Source: Vicugna vicugna | Lineage: Eukaryota | Direction: 5' to 3' | Length of the DNA stretch: 64,000 bases | NCBI GenBank assembly: GCA_013265495.1 | Contig: MU058781.1 | Location: 9,777,009 to 9,841,008 of the forward strand | Shown here: positions 40,260 to 55,109 of the stretch, one piece after another | How positions within the stretch are numbered: position 1 is the first letter of the stretch | Layout: every line of letters begins with the position of its first letter | The notes under the pieces: generated by a model | Database searches by the model: none | Seen by the model: only the letters and a program-made list of their open reading frames with translations | What the model was told of the DNA's origin: nothing | Translations under genes and position numbers: made by a program

Positions 40260-42110
40260 GAAATTACAATAGATGCCTATAACTTTTTACAAATTAGGTA
40301 TATTAATAATGTCTTATTCCACATAAAGTATAAAAACCTTGAAACTATATAGGTCCATTTTCTACCCTCTCCATCTTTTATGCTGTAATTGTCATATGTG
40401 TTATATGTACATACATTGGACAACTCACAAAACAACGTTATGCTTTTTTCTTTAAGCAATTATCTGTATTACGTAGAAAATAAGAGAGAATATATGTTTA
40501 TGTACTTATCTGAAAACTTACCGTTTTTGGTGTTCTCCATTGGTTCCTGGAAGTCCCATTAGACCAAAAAAACTTCCTTTGGCATTTCTTACTTTCTTCT
40601 TTTTGTTTTTTAGCGTTTCTTATATTAAAGATTTGCTCATGACAAATTCTCTCATTTAAAAAATCTAAAATTTCTCTTTTTTGCCTTTAGTTTTGAGGAA
40701 TAGCTTTGCTCAATATGAAATTCTCAGCTCACATTTTTCTTTTTTCTTTAGCACTTTGAATGTGTCATTCAAATATCTTCTGGCATCCATCATTTTAGAT
40801 CAGAAGTCATTTGTTAACTAATCACTGTTCTTCTGTGTTTCATGTATTATTTTTCTTCTAGTTGCTTTCAGGGACTTTTCTATTCTGGGTTTCAAATAGT
40901 TTCACTATAATATGCTGAGATATGATATTCTTTGAACTTGTCCTGCTTGGGTGTCATTCAGATTTTTATATCTATATATTTATTATTTTCACCAGTTTGA
41001 AAACTTACTGGCTATTTATTTATTTAAATATTTTTGCCCCATAGTCTCTCCTTCTGAGACACCAGTTAAATGTAAATTGGACCTTTAAAAATTATCCCAG
41101 GATCCATAAGGCTGTGCTCATTTTTCTTCTATTTTTTTCTTCAGATTAGATAATTTCTGTTGTTCTGCCTTCAAGTTGACTGAATCTTTGTCATCTCCAT
41201 TCTGTGAATTTTTTTAAGAAAAGATTATATATCGTACTTTTCTAGACTTTTTCTTTGGTTCTTTTTACTCACTTTCTTTGCTGAGATCCCTACCTTTTCA
41301 TTTATTATGAACATATTTATCTTCATATCATTGATTATAGTTATAAAAATCATTTTAAAGTTATTGTTTGCTCAAGTTCCTCAGTCATCTCAAGATTGAA
41401 CTCTGCTAATTGTCTTTTAAAGATATAATCCTATGTCAAGTTATTTTATATTGCATTCTTGTAATTGTAAATGACATACTGTATTTGGATTTTGTTATAA
41501 TCTATTGAAGAGAATTGCCTTTTGTTTGTTTGTTTTAGCTGGCAAGTAACTTAACAAGACTCAAACTTCAAACTCCATGTCTTGTCTCGGACCTTTGTTC
41601 AGTTCTTTAATCTTTAGGTGTGCTGCCTAGAGTCTGCCACACACCCAGAGGTTAGCCAGAAATTTGCACAGAATTTATCCACAGAATTTGGGACTTCTCT
41701 TCTCTGGGTCTTTACTTTCTGAGATTCTCTCCTCACTTTCGAGTGGCTGTAAGTGCCCAGAATAACTGTGGGTTTGTAACAGAGTTTTAACCACCCAACA
41801 GAAGGTTATTGCAGTTTGCTCTCAGGCTAAAAACCAGAAGATACAGAAAAATCATTGTTGTCATCTGCTTCTTCTGGACATGAACTGTCCTCTAGAAATT
41901 CCTTGCATTTGGTATTAATCTTCAGTATGTTCAAGTGTGGTTTTGCTTGTTTTTCTTTTCTTTCTCCTTCCTCCTTTTCTTTCTTCTTTCCTTCCTTCCT
42001 TCCTTCCTTCCTCCCTCCCCTGACAGTTCCTCCTCTCTTTTTCTTTCTTTTTTATTTCCCCAGAGCTCATAATTGTCATCAGCAGAAGGATATAAGGTAT
42101 AGTGGAAGAT
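40260..42110 (-). mobile_element. Old L1 (L1MC/MD-like) 5'/ORF1 region, degraded
   Basis: T-rich antisense L1 phrases (TTCCTTTGGCATTTCTT, ACAAATTCTCTCA, AGCACTTTGAATGTGTCATTC..CTTCTGGC). Confidence 0.7.
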
Positions 42111-44485
42111 TCAAGTACATGTAAATTTGAGGATGATGATAAATCTTTCTTTGAAACTCACCGAAACACAAATCTTTTGATATCCTGCACTGAAAATATA
42201 AACATTCCCATGGTTATAAGATGAACCATGATCTGTTTTATATAAAGTATCATTATGTGCAGTTGGATAAAAAATAATTCATAGTATTTTCAAAAATGTT
42301 TACTCGTTTTCCTTTTTATAAAAAGGATATCAGGAGACAAGCAAATTTTCTTTTAATCTAAAGTATTTTATTCTTATTGTTTTAAATAATTAAAAAATCT
42401 TATTATAAAAATGTTTCTAAGAAGGGAATTTATAAAAGATGCCTACAAAATCTGATGTAGTCAGGTCTGTTCTAAATTTCCTGGTGCCATCAAGTTAATA
42501 AACCTTGATATGCTTTTTACCCATGAAACTAGAAAAAAAAATACTGGAACCTGATTTTAGAGTGGAAGAATAATGTAGCTAGTGACCTTTGTACGTAAGC
42601 AGAATTCAGCACTGAAGTGAACAAGAATTTAACCTGGACAAGGACTGATGAATGAGAGAGATTTTATCATCCTGAATGAGATCTGAACATGATGGTTTTT
42701 CCAATTTATCAGAAGAATGGTAATTTAATTAAGGATAAGATATCAGCACTTATTAGATTTTCTCTGCTCTTAGTCAATTGGAAATGGTCATCGTATCTAA
42801 GAACAAAATCGTTATTTGTAATTAGGTGATGAAAACAAAGGAAATGGCCCTCAGAAAGAAGAAATATGTTGGAGAAACGTGGGACCATATCTCTCAACAT
42901 TCTAAGAGCTTATGGTGACAAGCAAAGGGGAATAATATCTCATGTAACACAGACATGTTTGTGCCCCTGTACTTCTGGGTATAGACACACGTGTGTTGTA
43001 CATAAACATAAATACACATTTAACCATACATGGAACTTTGAGCCTTATCTAAATTAGATTTTATATGAGGCAATAAGTGTACCAGAATGCCTTGAGTCCT
43101 AGTGTAATCAATCATTTATTGGTAGATGAACAATTGTATGATTTTGTTCTGTTAAAATGTTATTTTATGATCATGTAACATATCCAGATAGCTAATGCAT
43201 CACGAAAAAGGGTCTCAATGAGCCATCCAGACTGTAAACTGAAGGTCTCAGTTATCATTGGATGACTATGCATTAACCTTATGAGTTAATGAGAAGAATA
43301 AACTGATAAACACTATTGTCTTTGACTCAGTGTCAGAGCAAGATGTAATTCCCTGCCTACCTTCACTTTTAGATGCTGTAGTGTCCAAGCATTAAAACCA
43401 GGGTTATTCCCAGATGTGGATAGATATGCGCCCTGCCCCAGAGGTTTTGCTCTTGGTGCTGGAGCCTTTCATTCCCTGGTCCACCAAGTCCAAGCTTTCA
43501 CTCCTGAGCAGCCTCTGGTTCTGCCATTTGCACAAGTCTTTGTATTTTGATTTTCCAACTTGATTCTCTTTTTCTTTTGATTAGACTCTCAAGCCTCTTG
43601 ATGATTTACTTTTCAGACCCTCTTGTGCTTTGGTTTTCCTGATACTCATATTTGCTCTCAGATCTACCTCTATTCCCGAATTGCAGTGTCTACACACACC
43701 TCACTCAGCTTCTCTTACTGTCAGAATTTTGACTTTTAGCTCCCTCATATTTTTATGAATTTAATTTTCCTTCTGGTGCAGTTTCTGGTATACAAGTTAA
43801 GCTGATTCCTCATATCCAGCTTGTTCTTGGCTTCTCAAACAATTTTGAGAACTTTGCTTTGTTTCTAGGGCACACTGCCCCTCGTACTGGTACCATTGCT
43901 GACTTTCCATAATTTCACTTCCTGCCTCGTATTCTGCCTTTGTCTTTCTCTATCCACTATACTTTCAGTACCATGTGTCTCTATGTTGGTACTAATATTC
44001 ATAATATATTGTTAACCTGATGTACCAGAGAATTAAAAGAAATAAAATTGCAACAGTAATAATCAGTCCCCCCAATTATAATCCATTAATGCTCCCATTT
44101 AAAAATGATTTTCTACCTATATATTACTGCGATCCCCTAAGTCAGTTTTCCTTACTGGATGATTCAGTTTTGAAATAGGATGTAGAGAACAATGGGTTGA
44201 TAAACTCTAGAAATTATATGCCTTTTATATGTCTCATCAATGAGTGTGTAAATGTTAGTGTTTGCCCAGTGGGGCTCCTCTGGGCCTTTATTATGGCTCA
44301 CTGTGGAGTGACTGCAGCCCACAGTGTGCATCCTTCACTCAACAGCAGTCACCAAACTGGTGGGTGGAGAGGAAAGAAAGCGAAGCCAGGAAGACACAAA
44401 AAGTTTTTGTTGTTCTAGAAGGAAAAGCTTGCTGTGTCTATCATATGCCATCTAAACTTCAGATTTATCAAAACTCTTACTCTTC

Positions 44486-46443
44486 CTTTGCTTATCTAAA
44501 AAAGTTGAACTATTTGGGGTTTTTTGCTATTGATTTGCATGAGTTTTTAAAATATATTTTGGATATTGAGCCCTTATTGAATATGTAGTTTGCAAATATT
44601 TTCTCTCATTCCATAGGCTGCCATTGCATTTGATTGATAGTTAACCTTTGCTGTGCAGAAACTTTTTAGCTTGGTGGAATCCCACTTGTTAATTTTTTTC
44701 TATTGTTGCCTTTGCTTTTGGTGTCAAACCCAAAAACTCATTGCCAAGACCAATGTCAAGGAGATTACCCTCAATATTTTCTTCAATGAATTTTATGGTT
44801 TCAGGTCCATTTTGAGATGATTTTTTTGTGTATGGTATAAGGTGGGGTTACAGTTTCATCCTTTTGTATATGACTATCCAGTTTTCCCAATTCCATCTAT
44901 TGAAGAGGCTGTCTTTCCCCACTGGATATTCTTGGCTCCTTTGTCATAAGTTAATTGACCATATGTGTGTGTGTTTATTTTTGGCCTCTCTGTTCTGGTC
45001 TGTTGATCTGTGTGTCTGTTTTTATGCCAATACTATACTTGTTTGATTACTATAGCTTCATAATATGATTTGAAATCAGAAACCGTGATGCCTACATCTT
45101 TGTTCTTCTTTCTCAAGGTTGCTTTGGCTATTTAGTGTCTTTTGTAACTCTATACAGATTTTAGAATTTTTTTTTTATTCCTATGAAAATGCCTTTGAAT
45201 TTCTATAGAGGTTGCACTGAATTTGTAGGTAGCCTTGGGTAGTATGGACATTCTAACAGTATTAATTCCTTCAATCCATGAGCATCAAATATCTTTCCTT
45301 TTATTTGTCTTTTCTGATTTCCTTCACCGGTGTCTTAAAGTTTTTAGTGTATAGATCTTTCAACTCCTTACTTAAATTTATTCCTAAGTATTTTATTTTT
45401 TTGGTGCAATTGTAAATGGGATTGTTTTCTTTATTTCTCTTTACGATAGTTTTTTTTGGTGTATAGACACCCAACTGAGTTTTGCATTTGATTTTATATC
45501 CTGTAACTTTACTTGAATAGACACATTTCTTTCTGAAGAAGACATACAGATGGCCAACAGGTACATAAAAAGATGCTCAACATCACTAATATCAGGGAAA
45601 TGCAAATCAGAATCACAAGAGCTATCATATCACACCTGTTAAAATGGCTGTTACCAAAATGACAAGAAATACATTTTGATGAGGGTATGGAGAAAGGGGA
45701 GCTCCTATACACTGTTTGTGGGAATGTATATTGGTACAACCACTATAGAAAACTACTATGGAGGTACCTTAAGAAATCTAAATTAGTACTACAAGATGAT
45801 CTAGAAATTCCACTTCTGGGTATATATTCAAAGGAAATTGAATCATTATTTCAAAGATACATTTGTATTCTCATGTTCATTGCAGGATTATTCATAATAG
45901 CCAAGATATAGAAACAACTTAAATGTCTGTCAACAGATGAACAGATTAAAAAATGTGATATGTGTGTGTGATGGAATATTATTTAGCCATTAAAAAGGAA
46001 AGAAATCCTGCCATTTGTGGCAACATGGATGAAGCTAGAAGGCATTATGCTGAGTGAAATAAATCAGACAGAGAGAGACAAAAACCATATGATCTCACTT
46101 ATGTCTGGGATCTAAAAAAAAAAAAGTTGAACTCAGAAACAGAATAGAAAAGTGATTGCCTAGGTCTGGAGAAGCTTGTAAAAGGTTACACATTTTCACT
46201 TATAAGATTAATAGAGTCTGAGGATCCCCATGTATAACAGGGTGACTAACAAGATTGTGTTGTGTAATTGAATTTGTCTGAGAGAATGGCACTTCAGTGT
46301 CCTCTTCAAAAATAAACGGTAAGTATGTGAGGTGATGACAGTGTTACTTAACTCAGAAGAAAGGGGAATTCTTTCACAATATATACATATATCAAATTAT
46401 CATATTATACACTAATCTTACAATTTTGTCGATTATACCTCAA
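44486..46443. mobile_element. L1 (L1MA9-like) with 5' inversion: antisense ORF2 piece 44486-~45515, sense ORF2 end + 3'UTR ~45511-46443
   Basis: The sense part encodes the L1 ORF2 C-terminal remnant (EKGELLYTVCGNVYWYNH..IPLLGIY). TSD AAAAnnCTTACTCTTC at 44470-44485 and 46444-46459. Confidence 0.9.
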
Positions 46444-49400
46444 AAAATACTTACTCTTCATACTAGTCACATTTGTGACATTTGATATATTTGTATTAGT
46501 GTCTATGAGGGGGAAAAAATAAACTTGTCCTTCACGCTATCCTCTGAGATAGGCAGAATGCAGAAGTTTTTTGATGGCTTAAGTACCATTTAAACAAAAG
46601 GGTTAATATTTAAGTAGTTATTGGTGGACAAAAAAGTCCCTCATCCACCAGCTTCAGTTTTCATAAGACTCTTTTTTATCTTTCTCTTACCTTCATAGGT
46701 TTCAACTCTTTCAGGACCAATTAACAGGCCAGCCTTTATAAAAAGGATCATTACTATAACTGGGTGCTTGGTCCCCAGAGGTGCCAAAGTCCCTTATCAT
46801 TTGAAACAGCTTGTGTGGAATAAAAGCCTCCCCCTCTCTCACTTGCATTTTTGAGGTGATCAAAAAGGCTGAGGTAATGTAATGCTCAGGGAGGCATTCT
46901 GCTCTCCAAGCTGGGCTCCTCCTGTCAGGACGAGATCGGCGGTGTCGGGGGTTTTTCGGGCTGCTTGAGCGGCAGTGCAGGTTTCATGCGTGTGCGTGCA
47001 TGCCCCTCCCTGCCATACAGACCACACGGTAAAGCCAATGGTATGCAGCCAAGAGGTAGAATCCCGCATTCCAGTGAGCGGAGATAAAAAAAAATTTAGA
47101 CTCCTTGTCTTGTTACCTTCATTCTCTTCTTTCCAGAGTAAAATCTGAATGAAAGAAGTGAAAATACCACACCAGATTGAAATCAGAAGAATCAGAAAAG
47201 AAGAAGAGAATTTTAATGTGTAATCAGAAGAGAATTTTAGCTTTCTTCCTGTATTTTTTGAAACAAAAGAATATTAAGAATACTTTTAAAAATAAACATA
47301 CACGCACGTCTGCATGCATACACACATATACATGAAGTGTAGCTGAGGAAATCTCGTAACAAGGATGTCATTAACTTTTATGTGGCAGGTTTGTGACTGT
47401 TTATGCTGGCTGGTCCCTAGAAGGTGGCAGTTTTGGGCCGAAATATGTTTTTTTTTTCCTGGACCCTTCAGGTTGTAAAGGCTTTGTGAGGCTAGGGACG
47501 AAAACAGAGAAACTTGCCCTTGTGTTGCTGTTACCATCTTTGTGGTCCATTTTGAACCTCTTAGAGGGTCTTATACACAAAAATCTCATCTGAAACGGCT
47601 GCTTTTACAGTTTCTCTTCATTGTGTAGTGCATGTTCTATTTTGAAAATATTTTTATTATTTGTCAGCATAATAGATGGAATTTTAAACTGATTTTTCCA
47701 ATTTGTAGGAGATGTTACTTATTAAAATGTGCATGTTTGTATGCAAGTTAGAGGGACTTTGCATAAGAATTTTATTTTATTTTTTTTACTTTGACCATTT
47801 TAGAGCTGGAAAACATAGTTGGGGTGACCTAGTCTCTTTCATTCCTTTTGCTCGGTTACAAAGTATGAACCACATCAGACGGTGACCATTCTGCTCCTTA
47901 TACAATTCCTGGGAAGTCCAACCACAGTCTCCTTTAATGATTCATCCATCCCAGGACTCAACAACCCAGACTGTTGGAATTTCTTATTATACATACCTTG
48001 AAGCTTGAAGTCGCCCCATATTTTTTTCTCATTTTCCACAGAGTTTGAAACCTCCTTGGTCTAATAATCCCTAATATACTTGAATGTGATTATTCAATGA
48101 TCGTGAACCTAATTTTTTAAGGTGAGCGATCTTATGCATTTAATATTTCTCATGTCTTCCTTTCCACTCTTATCTTTTGTGTATTTCAGTAAATGAATGA
48201 ATAACCATGGTTGAAATCATTACAAAGCTTCATAGTTTACAAAGGAGTTTGATAACCATGCTGTCTTTTATTTGGTCCTCTCAAGAACATTGTGATAAAC
48301 AGGGAGATGAGTTTTTCACGTGTTTAGACAGGAAGGAAGAAATCTCGGAGGAGGATGGAGTTACACTGATGTGCAGTGAAGGGTCAGACAGAAAAGGCGA
48401 TGTATATGGGAGCATGAAACTATGTGATGCTTGTGTGTTTCAGTGGCCAAGCCATATAGGATAGATAGATCTGCCTAGAACAGTTTCCCTCTTCTGATTC
48501 ACTAATTTTCATAGCAAAATTAAAGCCTCTCATCATTTTTTTCTTTTTTTTTTTGCAAACTCTTGCCTGGTCAGATACCATCCTGACCAAGTTGGTACAC
48601 AAATGGATTGCACACCAGATGTGCATAGACCTTTATAAATGAAATGAGTTCTTTTTTCACATTGTGGCTACCAATTGCTCTTCGGTCTTCTCCTCTTTCC
48701 CTCCAATTTTCTGTAGTCTTTATGTCTGTCCACTTCATCTCTCACTGGGTAGGCAGTTGAAAATGGGGCGCTCAAATATATCTGTATATTAAAAGCTTGA
48801 GGATACAGTTGGCTCCATTAAAAGTTAAAGTGTACCTCCTTTCAGGTAGACCTCAGAGAAGTCATTCCACCATCACCCCACTTTTTATTTTTTCTGGCTA
48901 CTGCTGAATATGTGTGTTACATTGAAAAAAATCAGAGTAATTTGTAAACTTTCTAACTGAAGGATGAGTCAATTAACTCAGTCCCTCAGTGTTTAAACTT
49001 TTAGAACTTCCTTAGGCTGCGATGACCACGATGAGACAGTCAGGGTTGAGAAATAGAAAGTCTGATCTTCTCTCCACAGGGAGGTGGCTACCAGGTGATG
49101 CTGTGCTCCGAGTTTGTTGTCTTTGCCTCTCTTCTGGTTGTCTCCAGCATGTAGAGCAAAAAAGCTTAAAAGGCTATTAGGGTTTTGTGGGTCAGATACC
49201 CAGTGGCAAAATTTTTCCCCACTCCCCAATCCCACAAAGAAAGCAACTCTTTTTGAAATTGGAAACTTTCAAGGAAGATTTATGAACTTTCCGGTTTATG
49301 AAACCATCTGGTGCTTTGGAGTTTGCCGGCTGGTTGCTTTGACAGTTCAAAGTTTGGACTGACCCCCACTCCATGTTCTAGAATAGTTCAATTTAGTCTC

Positions 49401-52329
49401 TACATTGATACCTAAGAGGCTAGTCTTTTAAACTTACTGGACAACTTGTAAAAATCAGTAGGATTTCGAAGACTATACCTGTTGCTTTTTAAGGGCATTT
49501 TTACTGTTGTTACGTTCTGCATTAAGGAGTCCAGTTGGTGAACTCTGAGTTTCCACTCTGCTTAGCTTCCTTGCAGGAGCACTGTGTAATTTTGGTTTTG
49601 TTTTGACAGTTGGTGACCTTTGACCCCTCTCAGTAAAATGTTTAGGCTGAGGAGGACTGAAAAGAGCTTTCAGATGGGATATTTCCAACCTCTTTCAAGC
49701 AGAGCATTCTTCCCCTCAGCATAGCAAACCCTTATATAGAAATGGTTTTCAGCCTCTATAGAGTGTTCTGGTGGAACAAATCAGATCAAAGGCTTGCTTA
49801 ATATGTTTGAAAAATGCGCATCCGCATTGCAGAGCAGAAAACATGTTATGGAAATCAATAATATCATATTCAGGCAGCCCTAACTTCAAAGTGACTCCTA
49901 TGTGTGTTCTCAATTTCAAAAGAAAATGGAGAAAATGAGAACAGGGTGCATAAGTTTTCTCTGCTTAATTCTATTTGTAACTGAGCTGAGATCTCAAATG
50001 TCTCTTAACTGCTATTTGACGGGTCCCCCAGGACTCTGGGCGTAGGGCAATCTGCTTATTAATTGCCTACACCTGTGATAATCTTGTACACTTAGGTTAC
50101 AAGAGTGACAAACTTTCTTCCACCCTGTGCTTTTGGAATGCAAATCATTTACACTTTATGGGAGGAATAGCATTTTAGTGGAGAATATAAAACAAGAAGC
50201 ACAGAGATAATGTGAATTAGCCCTTTAGATTCTTTTATTCCCAGAAAATTGGTTGTATTGTTAGGTGTTTTTCTGTTGTTGTTACAGTATTTGCTGAGTT
50301 CCTGTTGTATGGCTGTCTGCACTCTTGTCGGTACTGTACAATTATATCTTTATGTTATACAACTTTCTAGGATAGGACTTTTTCCTTTATATGTTGAACA
50401 TGTTTTATGATAACATTAGGATACATAGTCTCGTTTGCATGTATGCATGTAAACTAGTGCATTGTATAAATACTTAGGAAGTGTGTGTCATGAAAACATC
50501 TGATTTGCTAGAAGCTAAATATTAACCATATTGTGTTGGAGGGATACATAATGTTAACATGTCAAAGTTCATTTGGCAGACTGAGATGAAAACTGAGTTG
50601 TGGGTTTTAAATGATACTACACAGTTATTTGTTTAGAAAGTGGGGAGACTCCAGATTGACCAGATATGATGCACTGATATTTGTCTAAATTGGTTCTGAA
50701 CCTGACTCATCTGTGACTGAATCTGGGTTGCCAGAACTGCATTTCACTTCAACTCCAACTCCAAAAATGCTTCACCAGGTTCTTGTGAATTTACTTTTAG
50801 ATAATTCCCTTAGATGCAGTTTTTAGGCCAAGGGGCGCCTCCCAACTCTTTACAGAAAGAAATTACATCCCCTGAAATGGTTCCTTCTTACACTATTCAG
50901 TAACTGATTGGCATAAAAAAGCAGGCTGACTTGGGCAGCTTTCTCTCCTACTGTTTTGCAGTTTATAGAAAAGAAAAGAGCTCTGTAAGCACTGATGAGT
51001 GAATACACAGATAGAGGCTCAAGATTTTAGAGTCACCTTTCACTCACTCACTCCTTTATCATCCTCATATCTTATCCGTCACCACTTCTCCCTGACTTTC
51101 CCTCCAGAGAGCAGGTATTTCTACCTGACTCTCATGTCAAGTGCACTGAAAAGATTTTGGAGTTTGACAGATGTACCACTGTCAGTTTTTCTAACTTGAA
51201 GCACCAAATAAACTCTGTCCTGGGGATTACTGACCTTAAGTCTGCCCACTGGGTTTGCTCAGTGGTTGCCATCATGTTTTAAAAAAGCACATTTGAAAAC
51301 ATCACATGATGTGACTGTCAGTTGTACAGAATCCAGCTGTTGTCCTGACTGAAATATTTAGAAAAATCTCTGAAACTGTATACAAACAGTTTTATATAAA
51401 TACATATAATTTATAATATATAAAATGTTATATATATACACATATATGTATATATATTTTTTCAAGGGTTATTTATATTATCTTTCCTCACAAACTTCCA
51501 AATCAAATTCTAATTTTTGCTCTAAACTTAGTGAAATCCAGACAGTATTTGTTACTGCCCCCCCCAATGAAATACTTCATCATGGGGTCTTCATGAGTTT
51601 TCTGACCTCTAAATTTCACCAGAGCAAACCCACAGTTTGTCTCAAAACCATCACAAGAGTTTGCCACCCTTGACCTCTCAATCATTTGAGATTCTTATAC
51701 TAACCACACATTTCTGGGTAAGTGAGTACACATATCCATGCCTTTCTGCAATATTATGGTAAAAGCCTTGGTCAGTGGTTTTCAAAGGGGCGGGGGGAGC
51801 TGTATTTTTAGTATTAGACTGACCCCTGGGTCCTGGGTAAAATGCCGTTTGCAGAAAAGAAGACATGGCCAGTCCAAGAACTTTGGCCTTTGGCCCAGAA
51901 ATATATCTTGATGGGTCTCTGGCTGAATTTCCACAGCAATTCTTAGCACAATAAAAATGACAACTGTGAGTTTTCCCCAAATGTTTACACTGTAGTTTCT
52001 TAACAACATGTGAACACAATTGAAGCATTTGGAAATAACCTTTGGATTCTCAAAGTTCACAGCCATTTGTCTGACCTTGAAAAGTGCTTTAGGCAAGGAA
52101 TTTGAAATTCCAAATCTGGAATAACTGGGTTAAATGAGATAATGTATGTGAAAATCCTCTCTAACTACCAGACTGATGCCAGTCATTGGTATTTATAGTT
52201 TGATTGTTTTCTTTTGCTTCCATGAAACAAAGTTCATTTTGGGTCAGTATTACTTGGTTTATGTATGTGCCATAGTGAAACATAAGTTGAATGGGATTGA
52301 GAGTAACTAACTCTGTTCTTGCTTCTGTG

Positions 52330-52860
52330 TACCAGATATATGTTGGTTCTGCCTGTACAGTATTCCTTTCACCGCTACTTCTGGGGAATAGTTCTCTCTC
52401 TCTCTTTAAATTTTCTTTCAGAAACCAACTGTTCCTTCCCTGGGTCCGTGCCTTTTTGGGGGGGGACTATTATCCTAGTCAAGAGATGGCCAGCTGTTTG
52501 GAGCTGACCAATCAGAATTCACTGATTCATTCATGGGTGGGAATGCGAGTGATGCTGGCTTAGCTACACTCATCTGTGGGACTTAGCTAGAACTATGGGG
52601 AGGAGTAATCTTATAGCTCCCAGTAGTTATATTTTCCTTCCTGTGGGGACAGTCTGCCTGAAAATGAAGTCAATGTAGACAAAGCAGAGGAATGGAGAAA
52701 AGAGACACAGTCCTGATGACATAGATCAGATTCCTGTGTCTGTCCATGCTCAAACTCAGTTCCATTGAACTTCCCAGCTCTGTGGTCCAATGAACATCTC
52801 CACCTTTCTGTCTAACTTGTTTCAGGGAAGCTTTTATTACTGGCAATGGAGTGTTCTGGT
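52330..52860 (+). mobile_element. MLT1J/K-like MaLR LTR, degraded
   Basis: TGACCAATCAGAAT, GTCTGCCTGAAAATGAAGTCAA, AGTCCTGATGACAT motifs. Confidence 0.55.
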
Positions 52861-55109
52861 GTATTTCCACTCTGCCATTCACTGACTGGCTAAGTAATCA
52901 TGTTACCTTGACATGACACCTAACTTTTCTCAGATTCAGTTTTTTCATCTGTGAAATTAAATTTTATCATTTGGAGTTTGAATAGAAAGCAGACAGTGCC
53001 CTGAAATTTGAATGTTTCAGGAGTGTTTATCAAGTTACGGGAACTGGATGGCATTCGATGAGCTGGTATCACCCTAAGAAGAGGGGGCATCTCTGGGACC
53101 TGAATGTAATCTTGCAGAGGAGGACATCGTCAAGCAGCTGTGACTTGCATCTGGGGCAAACGTTAAAGAGGGCAGCTGGGGGAATAAGTTACTAGCCTCA
53201 TTCTCCTTTTTTCCTTTCATCCATCTCCTGCCAGGGCTTCCCATTTGCTGATCCCAAGAGGAAGACTGAGGGTAAAGGGGCCTGTTGATGTGTCCCATGG
53301 AGTTCACCCCATGGAGGCAGGAAACAGGGCATAGAAGGGCAGAGAGTATGTCTGGAGGGGCAAAGAGAAGGAACCTGGCTCAGCAGATAATCTTGAATTT
53401 GTCTTCCAGTTCTAAAATTAAATGAGAATCAATGAAAGACTAGAATGAGCTGACTTTGGGGTCAGTTTGGATTTATGTACATATATGAGTGAGAAAAGCA
53501 GAGGGAAATCTTAAAATTTTTCCCCATTTTTCTGCACATTTAACATTCCAGTTCATTAAGAATGGAAGTAATTTGGTCAATGCTATTTTATTGTTTCTAA
53601 CGTCATGGAAAAGAAGGGCTAGCTAATTTCCTAGTTAAATTAGATAATACATTTATTCGAATTATTCTTGAAAGTTCCTTTGAATAATTAGAGTGGGACT
53701 TTGAGTGTCAATTTTGAAAATAGATTTTTTTAAAAAGTACTTTTGTATGCAGTGGCTTTCACTTACTCAACTAACATGTGCTTGAAAAAAAGTAGGAAAC
53801 AGAAAATGTATTTTATTTTATTTATTTTTTTAACAAGAAAGCCACTGAACATAGTCCTGGTGTTTCATCTGGTTTTTCCACTTAACAAACAGCAGTTTAT
53901 TTCAATACTGGATGAAAAGCTGACTGTGTGAGGCTCATAGTAAGGCTATAAAGTATGTCTCAAACCATGTATATACCATTCTTTGTGGGTGGTTTAAAGA
54001 ATGTCCAAGAATAACTTTTTTCTCTCTGCATTTTTCCCCCACTGACTTAATTGCTGAGTAAGATGTGACTCCATGGTAATGGCACAATAGAATACTCAGG
54101 GAGAAAATAATCATTTTGCATAATGATATGCAGGTCTTACAAATTTAGAAATTCTCTTATTAGAACCACATCCTTAGAAATATGGGGTATAATATATGCA
54201 TGTTAATCTGTAATATAGAAAGGCCACCCTCCTGCTTGGTGCTAGTGATGGTCTGTGTCTCTGGTTCAAGAAACAGGACAGGCTCTATCTGCCTTGGGAT
54301 TGTTCTCCTGTGCCCTGCCCTCCAGGGAGGTCAACATGTGGCCAGCTCAGTCTGTGTGTACTCTGTGTGTGAGTCAAACATGGTTCTGCAGCTTGCTACC
54401 CTGCCGCGTCCCCCTCCCGCCCCCGCCACTTCCAAGAGCCTGGCCTTGGTCATTGTGGGGTGGAAACTATGTGGTGTCTCAAGATTTTATTCAATCCCAA
54501 AGGATTTCATCCTGAAGGTTTAACCCATAGTGGTAAAAATAGACTTCCTGGAAAAGAATGCAGACTCATGGCCTTGATTGTCTTCATAAATTTAAACTAG
54601 AAATCTCACTAAACTGATTGAGGTATCTTCTCATAACGTTGAGAAGATACTTTATTGGCTGTCTACATGTTGAATACCTGCCAACATGCAAAGGTGGACC
54701 ATTCATAACCTGGTAGACTCGGTGTAGGTGATCTCCACAGAGTGAGCACTGCACCACTTGCCACGTTCACTTCCATTTGCACTGGGGGGCTGTGGTTCTT
54801 GCACACAACGTACAAGGTCAAAGATGAGGGATTTGGCCCAGAGAAAAAATGCGACTCGCATCACTTGTGAGAAGCATGAAATTTTATTTCACTTCAAAAA
54901 TAGGCATTTTCCTCTTTTTCTTTTTTTTTGAGTTTCTGTTATGCACTGGGCAGTGTAAGAGATGTGTACTATACATTGTCACATTTACATTTTTATTCAC
55001 ACAATCATATGTGGCAGGGATGATCCTTATTTTATAGCTGGAGAATCTTTCTCTCTTGCTTTCCTTATTCCTCCTATATATGGTTTGTTGTAAATTTTAA
55101 CCATTCTTT

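Noticed and set aside
45509..45911. ORFs with L1 ORF2-like peptides
   Set aside because: Disrupted remnants of the twin-primed L1, not a gene.
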